A stretch of DNA of 63,995 bases, the filler included, from an uncultured Myxococcia bacterium (GTDB lineage: Bacteria; CAZTWC01): assembly GCA_964617105.1 (NCBI GenBank). It is 14 parts of 14 records of this genome, joined end to end, with 100 filler letters (N's around TTAATTAATTAA, not from the genome) between each part and the next. Parts side by side here need not be neighbours in the genome. Positions count along the whole stretch, not along the records: positions 28,621 to 33,177 come from CAZTWC010000291.1; positions 33,278 to 37,821 come from CAZTWC010000292.1; positions 37,922 to 42,459 come from CAZTWC010000293.1; 11 more parts are not named here. One strand, 5' to 3'. Shown here in pieces: positions 30,880 through 40,287 of this stretch. The translations under genes and the position numbers were made by a program. Positions within the stretch are counted from its first letter, which is position 1. Every line of letters begins with the position of its first letter. The notes beneath the pieces were generated by a model, which was not told the origin of the DNA, made no database searches, and saw only the letters and a list, made by a program, of their open reading frames with translations.

Positions 30880-31956
30880 ATGCAATCAACTATAAAAGAA
30901 TTAATCCCGGCAAAATTCCCGGCCAATATATGGATAAAGTTTATTAAAGGATTAACCTTTATAAGCCTTCTGTTTCTGCTTTTAAGTTGTGGTGTTGAAC
31001 CTTCTGGCAAGGATATAGACGGTGGAGCGGATACTCCATTGTTTGATGGTGGTATCAACCAAGATCTATTTCCAAATGATAACCAAAGTTCTTCCTTTGA
31101 GAACAACAGCAATTCAGAAAATATTATTGGCGATCAGATTAACTCTTTAGACGGCGGTGATTTAACTGTAGATGAAGAGGAAAATACTGATCCAATCCTT
31201 CAATCACCTTGCCAGGAAGATTATATTACCAAAGGTGCATGCAAAGAGGGTGACCGGGTGATTGCCTGCGTAAAAGGAAAATACACCCAAACCTATTGCC
31301 GGACATGGACTTTGACAGGTCCCAAAATATACGCGCCTTGCGAGGGAAAAACTGATCTAAGCCTGAAAGATTGCCTGTATAACCTGGTAAAAAGCCACTC
31401 TGCACTTGGCTATGAAACCGCCAAAGACAAACTGTTTAGTACTATTAGCAATGACAACGGTTATGTTGAATGTGTCTATACAGGCAGAAGAATAAAGACT
31501 CGAAACAAACCCAACAATACCGATATGAACTGCGAACATACCTGGCCTAAATCCCGGGGGGCTGGTTCGGGAGCTGCCAAGGCTGATCTGCACCACCTGT
31601 TTCCCACTGACTCCAACACTAACTCCAGGCGCAGCAGTCTAGAATTTGGCGTAGTGGACCAGAATAATTGGTCCGAAGGCGGCAGCAAGCGCGGAATTTG
31701 CCAACCATCAGGCACCTACTGCTTTGAACCCCGCGACCAGCATAAAGGTGACGCTGCCCGGGCTATTTTTTATATGGCTATCCGCTACAAACTGTATATC
31801 AACCAGAATGAGGAGATGCATCTACAGAAGTGGAACCAGCAAGACCCGCCTGATCAATGGGAAAAAGATCGGCATGAACGAATTGTCAAATACCAAAAAA
31901 AACGTAATCCCTTTATTGATGTCCCTGACCTGGCCGCTTATATCCGCGATTTTTAG
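30880..31956 (+). CDS. endonuclease I family lipoprotein
   Basis: Lipobox LSC; CVYTG, NCEHTWPKS, DLHHLFP, N..RS, KGDAARAIFYM and RNPFID motifs. Confidence 0.92.
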   Translation: MQSTIKELIPAKFPANIWIKFIKGLTFISLLFLLLSCGVEPSGKDIDGGADTPLFDGGINQDLFPNDNQSSSFENNSNSENIIGDQINSLDGGDLTVDEEENTDPILQSPCQEDYITKGACKEGDRVIACVKGKYTQTYCRTWTLTGPKIYAPCEGKTDLSLKDCLYNLVKSHSALGYETAKDKLFSTISNDNGYVECVYTGRRIKTRNKPNNTDMNCEHTWPKSRGAGSGAAKADLHHLFPTDSNTNSRRSSLEFGVVDQNNWSEGGSKRGICQPSGTYCFEPRDQHKGDAARAIFYMAIRYKLYINQNEEMHLQKWNQQDPPDQWEKDRHERIVKYQKKRNPFIDVPDLAAYIRDF

Positions 31957-31991
31957 AGTCAACCTGCCAAGGAGTGGGTGTTGTACTTGGC

Positions 31992-32372
31992 TCAAGCCAT
32001 CAGCAGTTTGGTCACTGACCTGCCCAGCCAGATTGCTCCCAGACCCAACAGCATATTAGCCCCAATATTGAGGAAAGCCAGAAAGATTTGTTGATTTTTC
32101 AACAACTCAAAGGTGGCATAACCAAAGGTGGAAAAGGTGGTGAGAGCACCCAGCAAACCGGTAATTATAAATATTTTCAAAGCCGGAGACATACCGATTT
32201 GCTCTTCAATCAAAAAGATAATAACTCCCATGGCCAAACAGCCAATCACATTGACCACCAAAGTTCCCAGAGGAAATGTCTTGCCAAACAGATGAATAAA
32301 CAGGTCTGATATCCAGTGGCGAAATAGAGCACCAATAAAACCACCACAACCGATACAGATTATTTCTTTCAA
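31992..32372 (-). CDS. crcB: fluoride efflux channel Fluc/CrcB
   Basis: GGFIGALFR, FPLGTLVVNVIG and GALTTFSTF motifs. Confidence 0.96.
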   Translation of the reverse strand: MKEIICIGCGGFIGALFRHWISDLFIHLFGKTFPLGTLVVNVIGCLAMGVIIFLIEEQIGMSPALKIFIITGLLGALTTFSTFGYATFELLKNQQIFLAFLNIGANMLLGLGAIWLGRSVTKLLMA

Positions 32373-32403
32373 TTGTATCTCCTTCTCTGCCAGACAAAAA
32401 ATT

Positions 32404-33177
32404 CTAGCGTTTGGATTTCAATCTCTCTAGTCTAAAAAATTCTCGGGACAGTTTAACGGAAAAATCTATCTTCTGCCAGAAAACCTCGGTGTATTCATGG
32501 GCTTCGTCAAGAGGGGTCATCCTCATTTTCATTGGCATCACCCTGCCCTGCAACTTTTGGTGCTGAAAAAATTGCAAAATCCGCACCGCTTTTCCATCCT
32601 CATCGTAAAAAACCTGGCGCAAAGGCTGTAAATCGTGCTGGCGCACTTCGGTTTCTATTTTTCCCCATACAATGGGGGCATCCGGTTTGGGAATCAAGCG
32701 AAAACGATAAATCTCCTCCTCTTTCTGGAGGCCGCTAAAAAGTAGCTTCACCGTGTAGTCCTCTGAAAAACGGGTGTGCTTGACCAGGTCGTCATTGGTA
32801 AAGTGGCTGCCCATCCAGGATCCACCCATCCGTTCGGCGGTAACCTTTAGAGTCCGACCCGTCTTGTTCNNNNNNNNNNAAATAAATGAAGAGATTATCT
32901 TTCACCTTCAGGGTGGCGGTACCCTTCTCTTTTTTGGGCTTTATGATCCGCACCAGAGAATATTCGCTGCCCAGCGACCAGGACTCCAGAGTAATAGATC
33001 GTTGCCAATATTTGGTCTTCACCTTCATGGTCATAAGTCCCTGGCTACTGGCTCCCCGGTACATTTCATCGATCTTCTGCATCACATAGGTGATAAAAGC
33101 GGGTGAGGAGGGATCTGGTTTTCCCTGGGGTTTACCGTTATTATCAGCCCAGGAAAAGTTAAAAAACGCCAGGAATA
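32404..33177 (-). CDS. outer-membrane lipoprotein-sorting (LolA-like) protein; split by a 10-N gap, 5' partial
   Basis: KIDEMYRG...P.KEKGTATLK, then SWMGSHFTNDDLV and FYDEDG; the two ORF pieces flank the gap at 32870-32879. Confidence 0.85.
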
Positions 33178-33278
33178 NNNNNNNNNNNNNNNNNNNNNNN
33201 NNNNNNNNNNNNNNNNNNNNNTTAATTAATTAANNNNNNNNNNNNNNNNNNNNNNNNNNNNNNNNNNNNNNNNNNNNA

Positions 33279-33344
33279 AAGGACAACATCTCGGTTATTC
33301 TGATTAAATTTTCAGAAGAGGATAAAACTGAAGGGGAGTTTTAG
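33279..33344 (+). CDS. C-terminal tail of a probable PP2C-family Ser/Thr phosphatase
   Basis: KDNISVILIKF...stop; DNISV matches the PP2C terminal motif, but only 21 codons are visible. Confidence 0.5.
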   Translation, partial: KDNISVILIKFSEEDKTEGEF

Positions 33345-34366
33345 GCGCCAACTCTTTGTTTTTTAACAATTATTTTCCGATCAATTTGACATCCTGATTC
33401 GATTTTACTATTTTTGTATAAAATCGAATTGGTAACTTTTACCTTCTGCGACAAATTACACCCTTCGCCAATAATAGTAAAAGGGCCCAATCTGACATTA
33501 TCTGATATTTTACAGCCATCGCCAATTAGTAATGGCGGATAGAGTTCAACCCCCTGCCCCATCTTGACATCATCGCCAATCCTGATCACTTGCTCAATCT
33601 CTTTTTGAGGACAATATTTATACTGATCCAAGGGATTGATATAGGAAAGTTTTATCTGGTTTTGTAAAAAATCGATATTGGTTTTAAAATAACTCTCTAT
33701 TGTTCCCACATCGGACCAGAATCCATCGTTAATATACCCGTAGGTCGGTATATTGTTAGAAAGCAGTTTTGGATAAACGTATTGATTTATGCAGCAAAAA
33801 GTATCTGGAGGTATATATTCGAGTATTTCAGGTTCAAGCATGTGGATACCGGTAAACATGGTTTTGGTTTCCACTTTTTCCCCATTGGAGAATTTATCTA
33901 TAAATTTACAAATTTTACTCTGAAGATCAAGACCGATAACCCCATAGGTTTCACAGTCTTTGTTCTGGCGCAACACCATGGTAGCGCAACTTCCCTTCTC
34001 TTTGTGAAAAGCCAGTAACCTGTCGAGATTCAAATCGATAATGGTATCGCTGTTTAATACCAAAAAAGTCTTGTTATCTAAATAAGTTGCCGCTTTTTTG
34101 ATTCCTCCGCCGGTCCCTAGAATTTCCGCCTCGTGAGAATAGGTAATGTTCATTCCAAATTTTTTTCCATTACCCAGTTCCGCCTCCAAAACTTTGCCCA
34201 GATGATGCAGGTTAATAACCACCTCGGTGATCCCATAGTGCCGCAATAAAAACAGATTGTATTTTATAATAGAAAAATTACAAATAGGCATCAGTGCCTT
34301 TGGGAGATCATCGGTCAACGGTTGTAATCTGGTGCCGAATCCGGCAGCAAGAAGTATGGCTTTCAT
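33341..34366 (-). CDS. sugar-1-phosphate nucleotidyltransferase (MurU-like) with C-terminal hexapeptide repeats
   Basis: ILLAAGFGTRLQPLT...PKAL, LGTGGG and WSDVGT motifs; coupled to the AmgK-like kinase gene. Confidence 0.88.
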   Translation of the reverse strand: MKAILLAAGFGTRLQPLTDDLPKALMPICNFSIIKYNLFLLRHYGITEVVINLHHLGKVLEAELGNGKKFGMNITYSHEAEILGTGGGIKKAATYLDNKTFLVLNSDTIIDLNLDRLLAFHKEKGSCATMVLRQNKDCETYGVIGLDLQSKICKFIDKFSNGEKVETKTMFTGIHMLEPEILEYIPPDTFCCINQYVYPKLLSNNIPTYGYINDGFWSDVGTIESYFKTNIDFLQNQIKLSYINPLDQYKYCPQKEIEQVIRIGDDVKMGQGVELYPPLLIGDGCKISDNVRLGPFTIIGEGCNLSQKVKVTNSILYKNSKIESGCQIDRKIIVKKQRVGA

Positions 34367-35463
34367 CTATTCTCACCTCCTTTGGGCTCAAGGGCTTCGG
34401 ACATTATTGGAATATATTTCTCTAACACGTCAGTTACTGCCGAAAATTGGGGATTGCGGCCTAGAGCCTGCGCCACGTAATTCAAGGAGGGGAACATGGA
34501 CGGCATGAAGGAGGGATTGTTTTTTTCGGTGTCTATAAAAACAAAGCGGCCGGCATCCTTTAATTTACGCTGAATAGTCAGAAAGTCGAACGCCTTTTTC
34601 AATTCATCTATGTTGGTAAAATATTGGTGGTCCCAATTTACTATTTGCTGATAATAATACTCGATTAACTCTTCAACCATAGGCCAGGGCAATTGTATAT
34701 ATGAATCGCGCAGTAAAGCCACCAAATCGTATTGAGGCGGGGCCATCAAGGCATCTTGAAAGTCAATTAAAGCCAAGTTGTCATCATCTAACCACAACAG
34801 ATTTCTACTCTGGAAATCCCTATGGCAAAAAATATATTTCTGTCCGGTTAAATATTCGACAATTTGGTCAAAGCCCTGTTTCAAATGTTTCATCTCCTCT
34901 TTTGAAGGCTTGGCGTCAAAATATTTCAACAGGCAATATTCAATAAAATGCTGAAATTCCCATTGAAAAAGTTTAGCATTGAAACTGCGCTGAAAAACCG
35001 GGCAATAATCCCGGGGGCCATATTTAAGGGTATTTTTCTGGATTTTAACCAGCAGGTCCACCGCTTTTTTGTATAGAGCAATTCTATGGTCATTAGACGG
35101 TGTATTACAATAGCGGGTATAAAACAGTTGGTCTCCCATATCTTCCAACAGTAAAATCCCATCGAGTTGGTTATAGTAATAGATTTGGGGTACTCTCAAA
35201 CCGCACTGATGTAAATAACGCTGAACACTCACAAAGGGATATTCCATAATCTTAACCGAACCATCGGTAACCTCTTCAGAAATCTCCTTTTTACCTAACT
35301 GCATCACTAAGAGTGACCCATTTTTTTCATCTGACCTGGTTATTCGATAATAAACTCTATAGGAGGCGTCACCGGCTAATCTGGTCAGGTTCAGGCTGGA
35401 AGCAGAAATATCTTCAAAGCCTTTTATGGTTTTTACCCCTGCCACAATTTTTGGAAAAAGCAT
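34363..35463 (-). CDS. AmgK-like MurNAc/GlcNAc kinase (APH family)
   Basis: LAGDASYRVYYR, LLEDMGD, HRDFQSRNL, IDFQDA, YDLVALLRD and QRKLK..GRF motifs. Confidence 0.9.
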   Translation of the reverse strand: MLFPKIVAGVKTIKGFEDISASSLNLTRLAGDASYRVYYRITRSDEKNGSLLVMQLGKKEISEEVTDGSVKIMEYPFVSVQRYLHQCGLRVPQIYYYNQLDGILLLEDMGDQLFYTRYCNTPSNDHRIALYKKAVDLLVKIQKNTLKYGPRDYCPVFQRSFNAKLFQWEFQHFIEYCLLKYFDAKPSKEEMKHLKQGFDQIVEYLTGQKYIFCHRDFQSRNLLWLDDDNLALIDFQDALMAPPQYDLVALLRDSYIQLPWPMVEELIEYYYQQIVNWDHQYFTNIDELKKAFDFLTIQRKLKDAGRFVFIDTEKNNPSFMPSMFPSLNYVAQALGRNPQFSAVTDVLEKYIPIMSEALEPKGGENR

Positions 35464-35552
35464 CTTGTCAACTCCAGATTGATAATTTACAATGGTATCT
35501 CATAAACCTTGGAATTATATAACTACAAAATAAAATTGCAAGAGGGTTCAAT

Positions 35553-36413
35553 ATGATTTTTGGAGATTTTTCAGTAAGAACTATTGAGGGGAACAGATTT
35601 GCGCTGGATGGTGGAGCCATGTTTGGTATTGTGCCAAAACCGCTATGGGAAAAAAAAATACCTGCTGACCAGGCCAACCGGATTGAAATGGCCTCCCGCT
35701 CACTATTAATTGAAACCAACAGTCGAAAAATTCTAATTGATACAGGTATTGGCTCTAAATTTGATCCCAAGCAATCGGATATTTACAAGATAATTTACCC
35801 AGATATGGAAACCAATACCGGAGATTTTTTACTTCAGGGTTTAAAAAACTTTTCAATAACTTTGGAAGAGATCACCGATGTGATCATTACCCATCTCCAC
35901 TTTGACCATTGCGGTGGCGGAGTTGAAAAGATTAATGGCGAATTGAAGCCTGTTTTCCCTAATGCCACCTACCACATCCAAAGACGAAATTGGGATTGGG
36001 CCCATCACCCTTCTCAAAAAGATGGCGGCAGTTATTTAACCGAAAATTTCCTTTGTCTGGAAACCAGTGGACAACTACATCTAATGGATGGTTGCGGTAC
36101 TCTCTTGCCGTCAGTAGAGGTGATAATTTCAGAAGGTCATACCGTAGGTCAGCAACTGGTAAAAATAAACGGGGGCGCCAGGACTATGGTTTTTCTTGGA
36201 GATTTAATCCCCACCTCGGCTCACCTGAAACTACCCTGGTTAATGGCTTATGATCTCTACCCTATCACCACTATTGAGGAGAAAAAGATGCTCCTGGCCC
36301 AGGCTCTGGAAGAGAATTGGATCCTTTGCTTTGAGCACGATCCACTGGTTAAAGGCGGAACCTTGAAAGAGAAAAAAGGTAAGGTTATTCTAGGAGAAGA
36401 ATTGGTTTTTTAG
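35553..36413 (+). CDS. MBL-fold metallo-hydrolase (YtnP-like)
   Basis: LDGGAMFGIVPK, THLHFDHCGG, GHT, GDLIP and FEHD motifs. Confidence 0.93.
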   Translation: MIFGDFSVRTIEGNRFALDGGAMFGIVPKPLWEKKIPADQANRIEMASRSLLIETNSRKILIDTGIGSKFDPKQSDIYKIIYPDMETNTGDFLLQGLKNFSITLEEITDVIITHLHFDHCGGGVEKINGELKPVFPNATYHIQRRNWDWAHHPSQKDGGSYLTENFLCLETSGQLHLMDGCGTLLPSVEVIISEGHTVGQQLVKINGGARTMVFLGDLIPTSAHLKLPWLMAYDLYPITTIEEKKMLLAQALEENWILCFEHDPLVKGGTLKEKKGKVILGEELVF

Positions 36414-37409
36414 CAGCAACACCTCTTCAATCCTGTCTCTCTCAGTCAAACACATCACCAGTCTATCCACTCCCACCGCTATACCGGCCGCTTTTTTTGC
36501 GGTTAAATCAATATGGTCAAGCGCTTTTAAAAGTTCCCGGTCCAGGGGATAGAGTTCCTTGCCAAGTTTTTCCCGTTGAATCATCTCATGCTTAAAACGG
36601 GCCTCTTGTTCTTTGCTGTCGGTTAATTCACTAAAGGCATTGGCCAGTTCATATCCGCCAATATACAGTTCAAAGCGCTCACATACTCGCGAGTCCATCT
36701 CTGAAATCTTTGAAAGTGCCGCCATAGAGGCTGGATATTGGTAAACAAAAACCGGCTTTTCACATCCCAAATGTGGTTCAATTTTATCCAAAAATAGTTG
36801 GTAAAAAATATCATCATAAGTCCAAAAATTTCCATCAGGAATATCACATCCCTTTTGGCGGGCTTTTTGGAGAAAGTGCTTAGCATCTCTTATCTGAAAA
36901 AGATCAATGTCGATATAACGCCGGAACAACTCCCTTACCGTTACCCTTTCAAAGGGAGGATGCAGGTCAATACGATGACCGTTGCATTTAATGTACCTTT
37001 TATTCAACACTTCAGAGGCTACCAGAGGAAGCCACTGTTCTATTTCATTCATAATATGAAAATAATCTTCGCCCAGGCAATACCATTCCAGCATGGTAAA
37101 CTCGGGATTATGAGTGCTGGATAGAGGTTCATCGCGAAAAACTTTACAGAACTGAAAAATCCGGTTAAAGCCCAGAGCCAAAAGTTTCTTCATGGCGTAT
37201 TCCGGAGAGGTATGTAAATAGAGTTGGGTAGATGTGGCCTGTTTGGGCGGATCGATTTTAAAAGCATCCAAATGAATTTCCATTCCTGGAGATGGAACTA
37301 AAATAGGAGTCTCTACTTCCAAATATTGATGGGAATTTAAATAGTTGCGGATACAATTGATGATATCGGCTCTTAACCGGAACCGGTTTTTGGTTTGAAT
37401 TGACAACAC
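36390..37409 (-). CDS. epmA: EF-P lysine aminoacylase EpmA/GenX
   Basis: EVETP, LHTSPEYAMKKLL, HNPEFTMLEWY, ERFELY..G.ELANAFSEL and G.DRL motifs; no anticodon-binding domain. Confidence 0.95.
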   Translation of the reverse strand: MLSIQTKNRFRLRADIINCIRNYLNSHQYLEVETPILVPSPGMEIHLDAFKIDPPKQATSTQLYLHTSPEYAMKKLLALGFNRIFQFCKVFRDEPLSSTHNPEFTMLEWYCLGEDYFHIMNEIEQWLPLVASEVLNKRYIKCNGHRIDLHPPFERVTVRELFRRYIDIDLFQIRDAKHFLQKARQKGCDIPDGNFWTYDDIFYQLFLDKIEPHLGCEKPVFVYQYPASMAALSKISEMDSRVCERFELYIGGYELANAFSELTDSKEQEARFKHEMIQREKLGKELYPLDRELLKALDHIDLTAKKAAGIAVGVDRLVMCLTERDRIEEVLLLKNQFFS

Positions 37410-37415
37410 TTGAAA

Positions 37416-37821
37416 CTAACTTTTACCTCCACCTTTTAGAACCCGGACAACTTCCCTGGTGATTATCTCTTCCAGATCCTTTTCCTCCAGGCGTTTTTCT
37501 GTTTTAGCATCTATACAGGTTGAGTTGGCAATTATGCCTCCTCTTTTGGGAGTTGTTTCACGATTTCTGGCTTCCGGTCCCAGTCCGGCTTGATACCTTT
37601 TGGATAACAACACCTGCACATCTTCGGGCGGTAAGGTTTTGGACCCGCCTAATTGCCGCGCCACCAGGGCGATTTTGGCCAGGTGTTCAACCAATTCAAT
37701 TCGCAAAAAAGCCTGTTCCAAGTCATCTCCCCAACTAATGACGCCGTGATTTTCCATCAATACTGCGTCATAGTCAACTGCCAGACGGCCCAGGTCTTGT
37801 TCTGTCTCTTTGGCTCCAGGA
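37416..37821 (-). CDS. class II aldolase/adducin family protein, C-terminal part, with amphipathic tail
   Basis: ENHGVISWGDDLEQAFLRIELVEHLAKI, then a linker and DLEEIITREVVRVL. Confidence 0.85.
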
Positions 37822-37921
37822 NNNNNNNNNNNNNNNNNNNNNNNNNNNNNNNNNNNNNNNNNNNNTTAATTAATTAANNNNNNNNNNNNNNNNNNNNNNN
37901 NNNNNNNNNNNNNNNNNNNNN

Positions 37922-38478
37922 CAGTGGTTGCGGCAGCGGCAATGATGCCACCTGGCTGGCTGCATACCGAGGTTGATGATTCAAAAAAAATCAAAGCCAG
38001 CACTCGTGAAAGACTCTATAGCATAATTACCACAGAAGCCCTCTGTTTTGGAGTAGGCCAGATAGACAACCGAGAGATAGACCGAATAAATATATTACAG
38101 GCTACTTTAAAAGCTATGCGACAGGCGGTAAATGATGCCACCTCATTAATCGCTCCAAAATCTCCGGAATTGCTGCTGGTTGACGGAAATATAGAGATTC
38201 CCAATCTTGCACTGGTTCAAAAAGCATATCCTAAAGGAGATCAACTGAGTATCAATATTGCTGCAGCATCAATCATTGCCAAGGTCTATCGCGATAAAAT
38301 GATGCACGAGTTTCACCAATTGTACCCGGTATACAATTTTAGAAAAAATAAAGGATATGGTACCAAAGAGCACCTGGATGCACTAAAAAAACACGGCCCC
38401 TGCCCTATTCACCGTAAATCTTTTAAGGGGGTTATAACAGGTACCAGAGAAATGATTTATGAGCCAAAAAGTCAGTAG
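37922..38478 (+). CDS. rnhB: ribonuclease HII; 5' partial
   Basis: VVAAA, DSKK, EIDRINILQAT, VDGN, KGD..S..IAAASIIAKV.RD and KGYGT..H motifs. Confidence 0.96.
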
Positions 38479-38830
38479 TAAACAGAAAGGTGATTTGGCT
38501 GAGAGAGAAGCGGAGCAATTTCTGCTGGACAATGGCTACAAACTGGTGGTCCGCAATTACCGTATCCACCAGGGAGAGATTGATTTGGTTGTAGAACAAG
38601 ATGAACTAATAGTCTTTGTAGAGGTCCGTTATCGTCGAAATCAGAGTTATCTCAGTCCGGTTTTTAGTGTTAACGAAAAAAAACGTAAAAAACTACGCAA
38701 AGCTGCTCTGGCTTTTATCAACCATTATAGACAGTATGCAAATTACTCTTTTCGCTTTGATATTGTCGGGGTTTATGAGGATGAAGGAAAACTAAAGATG
38801 GATCACCTGGAAAATGCCTTCCAGATATAG
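38459..38830 (+). CDS. YraN/UPF0102 family nuclease
   Basis: G..AE..A..FL...GY....RNYR...GEIDL...FVEVR.R and RFDIV motifs; follows rnhB. Confidence 0.94.
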   Translation: MSQKVSSKQKGDLAEREAEQFLLDNGYKLVVRNYRIHQGEIDLVVEQDELIVFVEVRYRRNQSYLSPVFSVNEKKRKKLRKAALAFINHYRQYANYSFRFDIVGVYEDEGKLKMDHLENAFQI

Positions 38831-38870
38831 TGTCCGAATTTTCGCCAGGAAGTTGATTTCCGGATTGACC
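38828..38870. repeat. degenerate copy of the 60-bp miniature element
   Basis: TAGTGTCCGAA...GAAGTTGATTTCCGGA versus GAAGTTGATTCCCGGA in the 26377 copy; sits at the YraN TAG stop. Confidence 0.55.
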
Positions 38871-38886
38871 TAATTCCACCTTAATA

Positions 38887-39471
38887 TCAGGAACCTTTCC
38901 AACCAAGCCCTAAGAGATACATCTCAGCCGAAGATTTTCTGGTGGAATCCAGTTTGATTATTTTATTCTGATTGAACGCCTGGCGAAATTGAGCGGTTAA
39001 CTCTTTTAATTGGGGTGATTGAAACACTTTGCATAATAGTTTACCCCCGGGCTTAAGCACTGAGTGAGAAAAATCAAGAACCGCTTTTATCAGGCGATAG
39101 TGATTATGCTGATCAGTTATTTTATTGCCGGACAAATTGGGAGCAGCATCGCATAAGAGCAGGTCAAAAGATTCGCGTATTGCAATGATCTTTTGGTGCA
39201 CTACCTGGTCGTGGATATCGCCTGATATCAGGTGCACTCCATCTATGGGATCGAGTGGCAGGAGATCGACCCCCACCATAGTTCCCCTTGATTTGGTAAT
39301 AATCTTAACAACTTCTAGCCAACTGCCAGGAGCGCACCCAATGTCGAGTATCTGATTTCCAGGTTTAATAATCCTATATTTATTTTGGATCTCCATCAAT
39401 TTATAGGCTGCCCTTGAACGATAGCCTTCTTTTTTTGCTTTGGTGTAAAAGTGGTCTTTTCTTTTATACAT
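38887..39471 (-). CDS. rlmE: 23S rRNA (Um2552) methyltransferase
   Basis: AKKEGYRSRAAYKL, DIGCAPGSW, DAAPNLSG, KVF and STR..S.E.Y motifs. Confidence 0.96.
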   Translation of the reverse strand: MYKRKDHFYTKAKKEGYRSRAAYKLMEIQNKYRIIKPGNQILDIGCAPGSWLEVVKIITKSRGTMVGVDLLPLDPIDGVHLISGDIHDQVVHQKIIAIRESFDLLLCDAAPNLSGNKITDQHNHYRLIKAVLDFSHSVLKPGGKLLCKVFQSPQLKELTAQFRQAFNQNKIIKLDSTRKSSAEMYLLGLGWKGS

Positions 39472-39494
39472 AATAGAAATGGTTATCTTTTTGC

Positions 39495-39522
39495 TTGACA
39501 ACAACTTGAATTTAATTATTAT
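39495..39522 (+). promoter_or_regulatory. putative sigma70 promoter for rplC
   Basis: TTGACA-16 bp-TATTAT. Confidence 0.45.
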
Positions 39523-39631
39523 ATGATACTCTTATCTTGAAATACAACCTTTTTTAACATAAGTATTCCCTGACCTGTTAAATTGGTCCGGGAAAAAGGT
39601 TATTCAAACCCTTCTACTGCAGGAGCATAAA

Positions 39632-40270
39632 ATGACACTGGGATTAATTGGAAAAAAATTGGGCACTACCAAAATATTCGATACAGAAGGAAATGCCATT
39701 CCCGTTAGCGTAATTGCACTGGGACCATGTTATGTTATCCAGATTCGGACTGAAGAAAAAGACAAATACACCGCTCTTCAATTAGGATTTGAGCCCACTA
39801 AACCCAAACGGAAAACCAAACCAGAGTTGCGCCATCTGAACAAGGCCAAAGTTGGGCCCTTGAAGATACTAAAAGAATTTAGGGTAAACCAGGAAGAAGC
39901 GGCCAAATTCGAGGCCGGCCAGGAGATCACAGTTGACCTGTTCAAAGAGGTGAAGTATGTGGATATTGCGGGGAGAACCAAGGGAAAAGGTTTTGCCGGG
40001 GTAATGAAACGGCACCATTTTCACGGATTTCCCGCGACCAGAGGCACTCATGAGTCCAAACGCCATGCCGGTTCCATTGGTTGTCGTTATCCCCAGCATG
40101 TTCTCAAGGGACACAAAATGCCGGGACAATTAGGAAATCAAAACCGAACCGTCCAGAATCTACAAGTAGTGGAGATAAGGAAAGAAGACAACCTGATGCT
40201 GGTCAAGGGCGCAGTTCCAGGCTGGAAAAATGGTTATCTTTTTGTTGAACCTGCTATTAAAAAGCATTAA
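39632..40270 (+). CDS. rplC: 50S ribosomal protein L3 (outside the S10 operon)
   Basis: GKKLG, YTALQLG, KGKGFAGVMKRH, GSIG, KG.KMPG..G and VKGAVPG motifs. Confidence 0.97.
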   Translation: MTLGLIGKKLGTTKIFDTEGNAIPVSVIALGPCYVIQIRTEEKDKYTALQLGFEPTKPKRKTKPELRHLNKAKVGPLKILKEFRVNQEEAAKFEAGQEITVDLFKEVKYVDIAGRTKGKGFAGVMKRHHFHGFPATRGTHESKRHAGSIGCRYPQHVLKGHKMPGQLGNQNRTVQNLQVVEIRKEDNLMLVKGAVPGWKNGYLFVEPAIKKH

Positions 40271-40287
40271 AAAATAACTGACTTGAG

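Noticed and set aside
32373-32403. Fluoride riboswitch upstream of crcB
   Set aside because: Only about 30 bp separate crcB from the upstream gene and no consensus is present.
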